64,000 nt of DNA, taken from Patescibacteria group bacterium. Lineage in GTDB: Bacteria > Patescibacteriota > Minisyncoccia > Portnoybacterales > UBA2143. Numbering within the stretch: the stretch's first letter is position 1; each line of letters opens with the position of its first letter. The notes under the pieces are model-generated. The model was not told the origin of the DNA and did no database searches. It saw only the letters and a list, made by a program, of their open reading frames with translations. A program made the position numbers and the translations under genes. Location: the NCBI GenBank assembly GCA_018830295.1, contig JAHJSM010000001.1, positions 193,980 to 257,979 on the forward strand, given 5' to 3'. Shown one piece after another: positions 18,338 to 28,700 of this stretch.

Positions 18338-18892
18338 ATGCCAAAAAAATCATCATTTTTTGAAAAATTAACCGGCGCAAGTTGGTCGGAAGATAAGTTG
18401 TCCGCGGAAGAAAATATGGAAAAAGAAGAAAAGACCGAAGCAAGGCCCAAAAAAATAAAAACAAAAATGCGCAAAAAGGAAAAAATTTCAACCGCGGTTA
18501 ATGTCCCTAAAAAAGAAGTCATTGCTGACAAAAAGGACGCGGGCGACTGGATGGCTGAATCCGAGGGACAGTTGACAATTGATGTTTATCAGACCCCTAA
18601 CGAAATCGTGATTATGTCCACCATCGCCGGAGTTAAACCAGAAAACATTGATATTACGATGGCAAACGATATGATTACCATTAAAGGCAATCGCGAAAAA
18701 AGCGAGGATGTTAAAGAAGAAGATTATTATTACCAAGAATGTTATTGGGGACCTTTTTCCCGTTCGGTTATTCTTCCTATTGATGTCGAAGTTGACCATG
18801 CTCAAGCCTCAATGAAAAACGGAATTTTAACCATCAGATTGCCGAAAATAGAAAAGATAAAAACAAAGAAAATATCAATCAAGGCGGAATAA
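18338..18892 (+). CDS. Hsp20/alpha-crystallin family small heat-shock protein
   Basis: Alpha-crystallin domain: LTIDVYQTPNEIVIMSTIAGV...MKNGILTIRLPK. Confidence 0.8.
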   Translation: MPKKSSFFEKLTGASWSEDKLSAEENMEKEEKTEARPKKIKTKMRKKEKISTAVNVPKKEVIADKKDAGDWMAESEGQLTIDVYQTPNEIVIMSTIAGVKPENIDITMANDMITIKGNREKSEDVKEEDYYYQECYWGPFSRSVILPIDVEVDHAQASMKNGILTIRLPKIEKIKTKKISIKAE

Positions 18893-18912
18893 GATATAAT
18901 TCTAACAAAGTT

Positions 18913-18942
18913 TAAAAACAGGAACATTCGTTCCTGTTTTTT
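18913..18942 (+). terminator. Rho-independent terminator after hsp20
   Basis: AAAAACAGGAACATTCGTTCCTGTTTTTTG. Confidence 0.6.
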
Positions 18943-18949
18943 GATACAT

Positions 18950-18980
18950 GGGGGCAGCCCCCGCGACGGGGGCTGCCCCC
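18950..18980. repeat. GC-rich palindromic repeat, A-type (inverted orientation, loop GCGAC)
   Basis: GGGGGCAGCCCCCGCGACGGGGGCTGCCCCC. Confidence 0.85.
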
Positions 18981-19008
18981 ATTCTTCTTTTATGCTATAA
19001 TATACATC

Positions 19009-20682
19009 ATGAAAAAAATCGCCATTATCTTTCTCGTTATCTTGATCGGCCTGATCTCTTCCACTTTTACCCTTCAAATAATTAACCAACAGAAAATCGC
19101 TTATGGAATTAAAATAGGCGGTTTTGAAATTGACGCGCGAGAGCCCCAAGCCGCGGCCGCGAATTTAGAAAACAGATGGAACGAATTTGCCGAACAGGAA
19201 ATTGACTTTATCTTCCAAGAAAAAAAATGGTCTTCTAAAATAAGCGACTTGGGATTTGAAATTGATTCCCAAACAACGATTGAACAAGCGAAACAAATCG
19301 GAAATCGTTCAAATTTTTTTTATGAAATAAAGGAACAATTTTTCGCCTTAGTGGGACGCGAAAATATACCAGTAAGATACAAAATCAACGAAGAAAAATT
19401 TATAGACCAAACAAAGGAAATTTTTAAAGAAATTGAAAAACCGGCGACAGACGCTTCAATTTTCTTTAACGAAGAAATTGACGATTTTTCCCTAAAACAT
19501 TCAAGCGACGGGACGGTCATTGAAAGAGAACAGTTGTTAAACGACTTACTCAATCAATTCCAATCATTTTCTAGTCAATCAATTGAGTTAAAATTATTAC
19601 CCGATGAGCCCGAAGTAAAAAACGACGAAACTGGTCTGGTATTAGAAAAAGCCCAACTAATCTTGGCTAATCAACCCTATTCTTTAATTTTTGAAAATAG
19701 CTCATGGACAATTGGCAAAGAGATAATTATTGACTGGCTTGAATTCAGCGCCATTAAAGAAGAAAATTCGGATAATCAGATACTTGGCATCGCGTTGGAT
19801 AAAGATAAGATAGAAAAATATTTAAACAGCATCGCCAAAACAATTGACCGTCCCGCCGCCGACGCTCAATTAGAGACCGAAGAAAATAAGGCAATCATTT
19901 TTGTTCCCGCCCAAGAAGGTTTCGCGGTAAAAAAATCGCAAACAATTGAACGGCTCATCGCAAATATATTATCCGACCCGCCGGTTAAAAAGACAACCAT
20001 CATTGCCGACAAGGCGTCGCCTAAAATTACTTTAGAAAAAACGAATCAACTTGGCGTTAACGCCCTCGTCGGACAAGGAACTTCAAATTTCGCTGGTTCG
20101 CCAAATAACCGCATTCATAATATAAAAACCGGAGCCACCAAATTTAACGGACTAATCTTAACCCCCGGCGAAGAATTTTCTTTTAATAATCTTTTGGGCG
20201 GAAGCGGAGCCGAACAGGGATTTTTGCCCGAATTGGTTATTAAAAACTATCAAACAATTCCCGAATACGGAGGCGGGCTTTGCCAAATATCAACAACCTT
20301 TTTCCGCGCCGCCGTCAATTCTGGGTTAAAAATCACCGAAAGAAAAGCCCACGCTTTCCCTGTTGTCTATTACAGCCCCCAGGGATTTGACGCGACTATT
20401 TACGAACCCAAACCCGACTTGCGTTTTATCAATAACACCCCGTCGCATTTGCTTATTCAAACCGCGATTGAGGGGACGAAACTAACCATAAATTTTTACG
20501 CGACGGATGACGGCAGAAAAGTCAAAATTGACGGCCCTTATACTTTAGAAAAAAAAGAAAACGGCTCAATGAAAGCCGTCCTTACGCAGAAAGTTTACGA
20601 CGCAAACGGAGAAATAACTGAAGAACAAATATTCTACTCCAACTACAACTCCCCCAACGCCTACACAACCCCCACCAACTAA
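19009..20682 (+). CDS. VanW-family protein (N-terminal TM, C-terminal VanW domain)
   Basis: N-terminal signal/TM. C-terminal YGGGLCQISTTFFRAAVNSGL...YEPKPDLRFINNTPSHLLIQ matches the VanW domain pattern. Confidence 0.65.
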   Translation: MKKIAIIFLVILIGLISSTFTLQIINQQKIAYGIKIGGFEIDAREPQAAAANLENRWNEFAEQEIDFIFQEKKWSSKISDLGFEIDSQTTIEQAKQIGNRSNFFYEIKEQFFALVGRENIPVRYKINEEKFIDQTKEIFKEIEKPATDASIFFNEEIDDFSLKHSSDGTVIEREQLLNDLLNQFQSFSSQSIELKLLPDEPEVKNDETGLVLEKAQLILANQPYSLIFENSSWTIGKEIIIDWLEFSAIKEENSDNQILGIALDKDKIEKYLNSIAKTIDRPAADAQLETEENKAIIFVPAQEGFAVKKSQTIERLIANILSDPPVKKTTIIADKASPKITLEKTNQLGVNALVGQGTSNFAGSPNNRIHNIKTGATKFNGLILTPGEEFSFNNLLGGSGAEQGFLPELVIKNYQTIPEYGGGLCQISTTFFRAAVNSGLKITERKAHAFPVVYYSPQGFDATIYEPKPDLRFINNTPSHLLIQTAIEGTKLTINFYATDDGRKVKIDGPYTLEKKENGSMKAVLTQKVYDANGEITEEQIFYSNYNSPNAYTTPTN

Positions 20683-20684
20683 AA

Positions 20685-20705
20685 TTCGGCTATCCGATAG
20701 CCGAA
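20685..20705. repeat. 21-bp perfect palindrome TTCGGCTATCCGATAGCCGAA (family C)
   Basis: Directly after the vanW stop. The same core recurs at 35819, 36958 and, degenerate, at 60654. Confidence 0.8.
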
Positions 20706-20713
20706 CAAATTGT

Positions 20714-20795
20714 GCGGACGGTGGGATTCGAACCCACACGAGATTTCTCTCAATAGGTCCTAAACCTATCATGTCTACCGTTCCATCACGCCCGC
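20714..20795 (-). tRNA. tRNA-Leu (anticodon TAG)
   Basis: Reverse complement GCGGGCGTGATGGAACGGTAGACATG-ATAGGTTTAGGACCTAT-TGAGAGAAATCTCGTG-TGGGTTCGAATCCCA-CCGTCCGC-A. Loop TTTAGGA. Long variable arm. Confidence 0.85.
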
Positions 20796-20842
20796 TCTTG
20801 CTTTATTCTAAAATAAATCTCGCTTAAAGGCAACAGGATTTA

Positions 20843-20871
20843 GGGACAGTCCCCGCAGCAGGGACTGTCCC
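20843..20871. repeat. GC-rich palindromic repeat, B-type
   Basis: GGGACAGTCCCCGCAGCAGGGACTGTCCC. Confidence 0.8.
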
Positions 20872-21010
20872 TAAATTATTACCTAAAAAAACTTGACATT
20901 TTTAATTATTTGAGGCACAATAGGGTTATGTTTTAGGGACGAGAAAAAAGGACGGACTTGCCTAAAGCAAGTTCCTTAAAAAAATAATATACAGACAAAG
21001 GAGGAGAAAA

Positions 21011-22306
21011 ATGTTTGAAATAAAAGAGATGGGAAAGGATGGAAAAGTAACAGTAGTAGTAAAAGCAGGAAAACCCCTCTTGAACTCAACGGCATTGTGT
21101 ATTGTAGGGGTAATAGCTGTAAGCGCGCTTTTGGGCGGCGCGTTGATTGATTGGCTCGCTTTTACTTATTTGGGGCTTGCCGCAATTCTTGCGGTATTAG
21201 CGTTAAATGCAATCATTCTTCTTCCAACTGCGTACTTCGGGATACCCAGTAGATTTGGAAAAAGAATCTACAAAAAAAACAGCGACCCTGTAATGTTAGA
21301 GGAAGGCATAAATTTTCGTTGGCCATTAATAGAAGATCTATTGTCCCAAAACACTAAATCCAAAAAGCTATTAACACAAGAAGTCACCACTAAAGCGCTA
21401 AGCAGGGACAAGTTAGAAGTTACGGTTGAAGGATCCGTGCAGTACAGAATCGCCAATCTCGACACTCATGTTGAAATGACCGAAAAAACCATGGAAAAAG
21501 GCATGGTGGGGGCGATTGAATCCGAACTCGGTAAGATATGCGGAGTAAAAGAAGCAGATGTCTTCGTTGATGAACGAACGGAGATAGAGTTTTTAATCAA
21601 GTGCGTTCTTCAGTTAGAAAGACCGCCTCATCATTACATTGACGAAGCGAAAGAAATTGAAAAAGTTAAAGATGAGGCGAAAATCAGCAAAACACGGGTT
21701 GGCTCGGACGAAAAAGAAATTAAAGAAACAGACACACTCAAAGTAATAGCAAGCAATGTGATGGGTCTTGTCTTGAAAAAAGAAAACATCCCACGCTATG
21801 AGCAGAAGTTAGGGGAAACAAGGATTAAAGAGTTAGTCGAAAAGCTGTCTCCCGAAAAGTGGAAACTGGAAAAAGAAAAAGAACTTAATAAATTTGAGAA
21901 GTATGACATTGACATTATCCGTTTTTATAAGGAGAATGCCACTCGTATAAAGCTTTTATTTGAATTTGAACGAGATTCCGAAGTTGAAAAACTTTACGGA
22001 ATCAAAATAGCCACATTTAGAGTTGAAAAACTCAACTTTTCAGAAGAAGCTCAAAAGGCTTTTGAAAAGACGCGGGCCGCAAAAGCCGAAATGATGGCGG
22101 CAGAAGAAAGATTTCAGAAAAAAACAGAAATGTTGAAGGAGTATACCCAGTTAACGAAGGGCTCTTTAACAGAAGCTGTTAATTTGACCGAAACAACAGC
22201 AGATGTGAAGGGAATCACCCGCCAGATAATTTCCGTGGAAGGATCAAAGGAATCCGATTTGCTCGCGCTCGGTAAATTAGTGGCTGGCGTTAAAGGAGGT
22301 GGTTAA
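21011..22306 (+). CDS. SPFH/band-7 (stomatin/prohibitin-like) domain membrane protein with a long coiled-coil C-terminus
   Basis: N-terminal TM region. SPFH core GINFRWPLIED...LTQEVTTKALSRDKLEVTVEGSVQYRIANLD. C-terminal ...YGIKIATFRVEKLNFSEEAQKAFEKTRAAKAE. Confidence 0.65.
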   Translation: MFEIKEMGKDGKVTVVVKAGKPLLNSTALCIVGVIAVSALLGGALIDWLAFTYLGLAAILAVLALNAIILLPTAYFGIPSRFGKRIYKKNSDPVMLEEGINFRWPLIEDLLSQNTKSKKLLTQEVTTKALSRDKLEVTVEGSVQYRIANLDTHVEMTEKTMEKGMVGAIESELGKICGVKEADVFVDERTEIEFLIKCVLQLERPPHHYIDEAKEIEKVKDEAKISKTRVGSDEKEIKETDTLKVIASNVMGLVLKKENIPRYEQKLGETRIKELVEKLSPEKWKLEKEKELNKFEKYDIDIIRFYKENATRIKLLFEFERDSEVEKLYGIKIATFRVEKLNFSEEAQKAFEKTRAAKAEMMAAEERFQKKTEMLKEYTQLTKGSLTEAVNLTETTADVKGITRQIISVEGSKESDLLALGKLVAGVKGGG

Positions 22307-22308
22307 AG

Positions 22309-22737
22309 ATGAAGCGAATTTTGGCAGGAAGCGCGATACTTATCGCAATAACTCTCCTAATAACGGGAGCGTATCTAAGATTTTCGGCCATGAAATTTGC
22401 TGTGAAAAGCAAAAGCGTTGCCGAAATCCAAAAATCCGCTCTTGTTTCCGCTCCTGTTTCCGCCTCTGGAATTTTCATTGTTCCGCCGGGCGGAAAGGAG
22501 GTTAATCGGGATACCGCCGGTCAGAGAGTCGCCTGCCGTAATGTAGGTGACCATATTATTATTGAATCAAATCGGCCCGAAGCGTTGTTTATTCTGATGG
22601 ATACGACTCGCATCAGGATAGACCCCGTCCGAACGGTCATCAGAATTGACTCTTTGGGCGGGAAGGACTATCTTCGTTTCCAAAATTTCGGAACGAAGAC
22701 GGAGCGAATTAAAGCAAAAATTGCTTCCCACCGTTAA
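22309..22737 (+). CDS. Hypothetical small membrane-anchored protein (possible NfeD-like partner of the SPFH protein)
   Basis: Start overlaps the SPFH stop, with a strong SD (AAAGGAGGTGG). N-terminal TM then a beta-rich C-terminus. The NfeD assignment is speculative. Confidence 0.45.
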   Translation: MKRILAGSAILIAITLLITGAYLRFSAMKFAVKSKSVAEIQKSALVSAPVSASGIFIVPPGGKEVNRDTAGQRVACRNVGDHIIIESNRPEALFILMDTTRIRIDPVRTVIRIDSLGGKDYLRFQNFGTKTERIKAKIASHR

Positions 22738-22761
22738 GGTGCGAGACAAACCTAAAAACCA

Positions 22762-22798
22762 AAAAGCCGAGAAGCAAAAACTTCTTGGCTTTTTATAT
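22762..22798. terminator. Bidirectional hairpin terminator
   Basis: AAAAAGCCGAGAAG-caaaaa-CTTCTTGGCTTTTTAT. Confidence 0.55.
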
Positions 22799-22814
22799 TC
22801 CAAAAAAATTACTT

Positions 22815-23162
22815 CTATTTTATAAGATTTGTAATAAAGGTCTGCGCCACTCCCGCGAATAATGCGACGCCAATACCAACCAAACCCCAAATTAATCTTT
22901 GCCTCGCTTCCGTAAGTTTTTCATCTACGCCCCCCGCCGTCATCCAAGTTAAACCTGCCCAAACAATCATCATCACACCCAAAAGTAGAACAATACCTTG
23001 AAACCAATTAACAACTGTTTCAAAAATATCCGTTATGCCTGTTAAAGAAGTGGGACCAGCCTTTACAACATCAACTGCCGCGAAAACGGCCAATGTCCCC
23101 GCGAACAAAAAGACAAGCGAAAACGCGATAATTGCCGAAAAAAATCTTTTATTATTCTTCAC
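22815..23162 (-). CDS. Small secreted two-TM protein, paralog 1 (TrbC/VirB2-like pilin candidate)
   Basis: GTG start with an AAAGGAGGTGAGAATTT SD. Signal peptide, TM, MTAGGVDEKLTEARQRL, TM. Paralogous to the next two ORFs. Confidence 0.45.
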   Translation of the reverse strand: MKNNKRFFSAIIAFSLVFLFAGTLAVFAAVDVVKAGPTSLTGITDIFETVVNWFQGIVLLLGVMMIVWAGLTWMTAGGVDEKLTEARQRLIWGLVGIGVALFAGVAQTFITNLIK

Positions 23163-23183
23163 AAATTCTCACCTCCTTTCTTT

Positions 23184-23555
23184 TTACCCTCCTAAAATAC
23201 TTCTAACTAAAGTAACCCAATTTTTGCCTATTAAAAGAACCGCCAAACCAACCAAAGACCAGGTTAGCGCTTTTCTCGCCTCTGTTATCTTCTCGTCTCT
23301 TCCGCCAGCAATCATAAACAAAAGGCCTGAATAAATTATCATACCTACGGCGATAATAATACCAATATTCGCGACCCAATCAATAATATCTTCTATCAAC
23401 GCCTCAAAACTTGTCGATGTGAGCGGATTTGAAAAAATTCCTGTTACTTTTGTTCCTTCCAGCGCGTCTACTCGCGCCAAAGGCAAGCCCATCATTAAAC
23501 ATATAAAAAACAAAACCGCCGACAAAGAAATTATTTTTTTAAGTTTAAAATTCAT
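23184..23555 (-). CDS. Small secreted two-TM protein, paralog 2
   Basis: Same layout, with the shared motif MIAGGRDEKITEARKALTWSLVGLAVL. Confidence 0.45.
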   Translation of the reverse strand: MNFKLKKIISLSAVLFFICLMMGLPLARVDALEGTKVTGIFSNPLTSTSFEALIEDIIDWVANIGIIIAVGMIIYSGLLFMIAGGRDEKITEARKALTWSLVGLAVLLIGKNWVTLVRSILGG

Positions 23556-23567
23556 AAATGTTTTATT

Positions 23568-23972
23568 TTATCTATTAATTTGAATACATGTAGGAAATTT
23601 TGTCCACGCGGCGCTAAATTCTGACTTAGCAACGGTCTTTAAAAGGGTATCAATCATAAGCCAACTGCTGAAAATAATAACAAGACCGATAAATGTATTT
23701 ACAAAAATTCCTTTGGCTTTGGTAACCGCGTCTTGACTCCCGCCCGAAAAGAGAAACATAACGCCAGCCACCGCGAATAAAAGAGCGGCGACGGGAAGAG
23801 CCAAATTAAACGAAATAAAATTGATAATATTGCTTCCTAAATGCCAAAGGTCGCAGATTGTGCAATTATCATTGCAAGGAACGATAGAGCCAGTAATATA
23901 GCCCGCGCAAACTATATTCGCCTTCATTAAACCCGCGAGCAGAAAATAAATTAAAAATCTGTAATTCTTCAT
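23568..23972 (-). CDS. Small secreted two-TM protein, paralog 3 (Cys-rich N-terminal region)
   Basis: Same architecture (…FLFSGGSQDAVTKAKGIFVNTFIGLVII…), plus CNDNCTICDLW cysteines. Confidence 0.4.
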   Translation of the reverse strand: MKNYRFLIYFLLAGLMKANIVCAGYITGSIVPCNDNCTICDLWHLGSNIINFISFNLALPVAALLFAVAGVMFLFSGGSQDAVTKAKGIFVNTFIGLVIIFSSWLMIDTLLKTVAKSEFSAAWTKFPTCIQINR

Positions 23973-25234
23973 TTTCTCATTAAAACATTAACTTGATTCA
24001 CTGCCCTATCCACAGAATCGCTAATTGTCATTTCTCCCGTTACAACTGATTCTATCATATCCGCCAAAATCGTTTCAATACCTAAATTATCGGTCTGATA
24101 CCAAGAGCGAGCCGTTAAAGATTGTTCCGCAAAAACGCCTAAATCTGCGTCATTTTTTTGCCATAAAACAAGGTCTTTCCTGGCGGTCGGTTTTTTGGTC
24201 AGCTCTAAATATTTTTGAGAATTTTCTTTTCCCGCGAACCAAACTATAAAATTCCACGCTGCCCTCGCATTGGAAGAATTTCTTGGAACAGCCAACCCCC
24301 AATAATTAGCATAATTGATATCTTTCTCAGAGCCCTTAATTTGGGGCATCGGCGATATACCAAAATTCAGATAAGGCGCTTTCGCGCGAATAGTTGGTAA
24401 TTGATAAGAATAATTAAACATCACCGCTGCTTTGCCTTCATAAAAAGCGTCAATTGAATAATCCATCCGATTATTCCACGAATAAACGGCTTTCAATGGA
24501 TTGGCAAAATCAGTATAAAACCGCAAAGCATCTGTTGATTCCCTAAAGATGGCCTCTGTTTTCTCTCCATTAATCATTTGAACGCCCGACTGGAGCATAA
24601 GCAAAGACAAAATATCGGTTGAGCGATTAACATTGCGCGCCGTTCCTAAAGCGACTCCCGCACGAATAATATTATCCCTTTCGTCTTTAATAGTTATTTT
24701 CTCCACATCTTCTAAGAAATCCTCCCATGTCTTGGCTGGCTTGGGAATGCCAGCTGTATTAAAGATATCCTTGTTGTAATAAAGAGCCAAGGTATCAACG
24801 CTCAAAGGCAAAGCCGTTACGAACCCATCTATTACAAAATCATCATAAATAACATCAACAAAATTATCCTGAACATCTCTCAACGAAATTAAATCTTCAG
24901 GCGCGGCAAAAATTTTATCTTCGTATCTCGGAATCCATGTATGGTGCAACATGACAATATCGGGACCTCTCCCTGTCGCCATCGCGGCCAATAAATCTTT
25001 TTCGTACGAGACGAAATTCTTTTTGTAATAATTAATTTTAATGTTTGAATATTCCGCATTAAAATCGCTGATCAGTTCTTTGTAAATATCAGAGTCGTCA
25101 TAAACGCCCCAAAATTCCAATTCTACATTTTGGGTAACTTCTTCCGATTTACAACCCGGGAAAGCGGCCGCTAACCCAAAAATCAACACGGGCGCAATAA
25201 AGGTATAAAAAATGGTAATCTTTTTTTTAGACAA
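23969..25234 (-). CDS. Extracellular solute-binding lipoprotein (ABC transporter substrate-binding protein, family 1-like)
   Basis: Lipoprotein signal with a ...AAAFPGC lipobox. 421 aa. The SBP-type overall composition suggests a sugar-binding family. No permease genes lie adjacent. Confidence 0.6.
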   Translation of the reverse strand: MSKKKITIFYTFIAPVLIFGLAAAFPGCKSEEVTQNVELEFWGVYDDSDIYKELISDFNAEYSNIKINYYKKNFVSYEKDLLAAMATGRGPDIVMLHHTWIPRYEDKIFAAPEDLISLRDVQDNFVDVIYDDFVIDGFVTALPLSVDTLALYYNKDIFNTAGIPKPAKTWEDFLEDVEKITIKDERDNIIRAGVALGTARNVNRSTDILSLLMLQSGVQMINGEKTEAIFRESTDALRFYTDFANPLKAVYSWNNRMDYSIDAFYEGKAAVMFNYSYQLPTIRAKAPYLNFGISPMPQIKGSEKDINYANYWGLAVPRNSSNARAAWNFIVWFAGKENSQKYLELTKKPTARKDLVLWQKNDADLGVFAEQSLTARSWYQTDNLGIETILADMIESVVTGEMTISDSVDRAVNQVNVLMRK

Positions 25235-25241
25235 TGGTTTG

Positions 25242-25778
25242 TTATCCCCTAAAAACTAATCCATAATGCTGACTGTCAATTTCAAGTTCCTTTTCAAAAA
25301 GAAGCCCTTCGTTTTCCGCCAATTGACGCGCCTCCTTTTTGGAAATCAACCAACCCCCTTTTGGAGCTAATGCAGAACTGGCTATCCATTCAATTACAAC
25401 CAACTGCCCGCCCTCTTTCAAAACCCTTCTTGCTTCTTTAATAATTTCTTCTTTTTTTTGCGATTGAAACAAAATGTTGCGCATTAAAACAAAATCCATT
25501 GAATTATCATCTAACTTTGAACTGCCCAAAACCTCCAAATTACAATGAATTGTTTCAATATTGGAAATCCCCTCTAAATCCGCTTTGCTTTTAACCGCTT
25601 CTAATGTTTCTTTGACCACATCAACTGCGTAAACTTTGCCTTGGTTAACAATTTTTGCCAAAGGAACACTAAAATATCCGTTCCCGCAACCAAAATCAGC
25701 TACTTGCGCGTTATCGCGAATGCCCATTCGTTTCAAAATTTCTTCAGGACGAGATAGTCCTATGACTTGATTTGACAT
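25242..25778 (-). CDS. Class I SAM-dependent methyltransferase (small-molecule/UbiE-like)
   Basis: VADFGCGNGYFSVPLA is methyltransferase motif I. 178 aa. Confidence 0.7.
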   Translation of the reverse strand: MSNQVIGLSRPEEILKRMGIRDNAQVADFGCGNGYFSVPLAKIVNQGKVYAVDVVKETLEAVKSKADLEGISNIETIHCNLEVLGSSKLDDNSMDFVLMRNILFQSQKKEEIIKEARRVLKEGGQLVVIEWIASSALAPKGGWLISKKEARQLAENEGLLFEKELEIDSQHYGLVFRG

Positions 25779-25785
25779 AATCTTT

Positions 25786-28700
25786 TTAAATACACGCCGC
25801 GGTGACGACTTTGTCGTTTCCGTTCAGCCGCATAATTTTAACCCCCTGCGTGGCTCTTCCTAATTCGGGAATGGATTTAACTTCCATTCTAATGACCTGC
25901 CCTTGTTTAGAAATAGCGATTAAATCCTTTGTCTCTGGACTCAAAATATGACCCGCAACAATATCTCCTGTCTTTTCGCCAATTTTCGCCGTCTTAATCC
26001 CCATTCCGCCTCTTTTCTGCGTCTTGTAATATTTCAAATCCGTTTTCTTCCCAAGCCCATTTTCAGTCACCACTAATATTTTTAAATTCTTCTTTTCCGC
26101 TTTTTCTTCAACAATACCCATCCCGATTAATCTATCGCCTTCTTTTAAAGCGACTCCCTTCACACCCGCCGCGCCTCTCCCCATAACCCTAACATCGCCT
26201 TCTTTAAAGCGAATGCTTTGCCCTTTAGCGGTAATCAAAACAATTTCATCTTTGCCGGAAGTCAGAACAGCCCATCTTAATCGATCACTCGCGCTTAACT
26301 TTAAGGCAATTAATCCGCTTTTCCGCGTATTTTTGAAGTCATCTATTTTAGTTCTCTTGATTATACCATTTTTAGTCACCATGACCAAATATTTCCCCTC
26401 CACAGGGCCACTCATATCAAGAACTGTCGCGATTTTTTCTTTGGCTCCCAACTGCAAGATATTAACAATCGCCTGTCCGCGCGCGACGCGACTCGCCTCC
26501 GGAATCTCATACGCCTTTATTTGAAAAACGCGCCCTTGATTGGTGAAAAACAAAATTGGGTCGTGAGTTGAAGCGGAAATAAAATGTCCAACCGCGTCTT
26601 CTTCCCGCGGAGTAATGCCAACCACTCCCTTGCCACCTCTTTTCTGCGATTTGTACGCTTGCGGATTCATTCTTTTAATATACCCGCCTCGGGTTAAAAT
26701 GATAATATTTTCCTCTTGAGGAATTAATTCTTCGTCCGTCAATTCTCCCACTGGTCGGCTAAAAACTTTTGTCCGTCTTTTATCTGCGTATTTCTCTTTC
26801 AATTCCTCTAACTCTTTTTTAATCAAGTCCATAATTTTCTTTTGGCTCTTCAACAAGGCCTCCAACTTTTTAATAATTTTCTTTTTCTCTTCCAGTTCAT
26901 CTTTAATTTTCTGCCGCTCCAAACCAGCGAGCGCTTGAAGTCGCATTTCTAAAATAGCCGACGCCTGAAGGTCGCTTAATTTAAATCTTTTGACTAAATT
27001 TTTATGAGCCGTATCTTTATCAGCCGAGCTCCTGATCGTCTTAATAACTTCGTCAATAAAATCAAGCGCCTTGTTTAAGCCGAGCAAAATATGTTCCCTT
27101 TCGCGCGCTTGTTTCAACTCAAATTGAGCGCGACGCGTGACGACCGTTCGACGATGTTTGACATACTCGTCCAAAACACCCTTAAGCGACAAGACCTGCG
27201 GCTGAATTCCATCAACCAAAGCAAGCATATTTAAATGAAATGTCTTCTGTAAATCCGTCAGTTTGAACAAGCGATTAAGAACTTTCTGCGGCTGGGTATC
27301 GCTTTTTAAACCAATGACCAATCGGACGCCATCTTTATCCGACTCATCGCGAATTTCTTTAATCCCTTGAAGTTTTTTACTTTTAACTAAATCCGCTATT
27401 TTAATAATAAGATTCGCTTTATTCACTGCGTATGTCATTTCCTTCACGATAATCTGGAATTTTCCCGCCTTTTCCTCAACAATTTCCGCTTTGGCGCGCG
27501 AAACAATCGGACCCCGTCCGCTACTATACGCCTGAATCATTCCCTGTCTATCATAAATTTCTCCGCCCGTCGGAAAATCAGGACCCTTAATAAATTGGAA
27601 AAGGTCTTGGACCGTCGCCTTAGGGTTGCTAATCAAATAGATAATGCCATCAATCAATTCGCCCAAATTATGAGGTGGAATGTTGGTCGCCATCCCGACG
27701 GCAATCCCCATCCCTCCGTTTAAAAGTAATTGTGGAAGTTTCGCCGGCAAAACAGACGGCTCTTTGGTGCTCCCGTCATAGTTATCAACCCAATCAATCG
27801 TCTCCTTGTCAATATCAGCCAACATCTCCTCCGCGATCTTATTCATCTTCGCTTCCGTATATCTTGGCGCGGCTGCATTATCCCCATCCATCGAGTTATG
27901 AACAAAAATTCCCGCCCCAAGACAAAAATTATGATGCGGCTCTATGGTTAAATCATAAACATCCTCTTTTTTGCGAAGAATTTTCGCCGTTGCTATCCGA
28001 TGATTATATTTTTTAGATTCGGATACAATTTCCGAAAAATTGCTAAAATAATTTAATGCGTTCTCAAGTTTTGGAACACCATTATTAGTTCTTTCTCGCT
28101 CGTATATTTCAGGAGTTATTTTTTTACGCTTGCCCAAAAGAGAGTGAACAAATCCTAAAATTTTACTCTTAATTACTCTTTTCTTATATGAAGGGTTCTG
28201 CCAATTTTTAAGCAAAGAAACTTTTGCCTTCCCCGCCAAATCTTTCATAAATTCAGGATTTTCTTTGCAACGCTGCTTGTTGCGAGCGCTTGTTAATTCG
28301 CTCATTTTCTTACTAAATTCAGGATTTTGCCATTGTTCTGTCGCTTTTTTACTATGAAATTCTCGCGTTTTTGGGTTTTCCCACAACTTTTTAGCCATTT
28401 GGCTAAAATGATCATCGGGATATTTTGCTCGATATTCAGGATTTTGCCATAATTTTTTTGACATCTCACTCTGTCTCTTTCTTTCTTCAGGATTCTCAAA
28501 TCTCTCTTTTGTTAATTTAGAAATATATTCTCTATGTTTTGGGTCAGACCAAATTTCCAAAGAAATTTCTCTCATCATTTGAGACATTCGCTCCCTGTAT
28601 TTTTCATCTTGCCATTTTTTCTTAAGTTCTTTCGATTTTGACTCGCTCATTAACTCTTGAAAATCTTTTCTTTGCCATAAGCTCCTCATATTCCTGCTCG

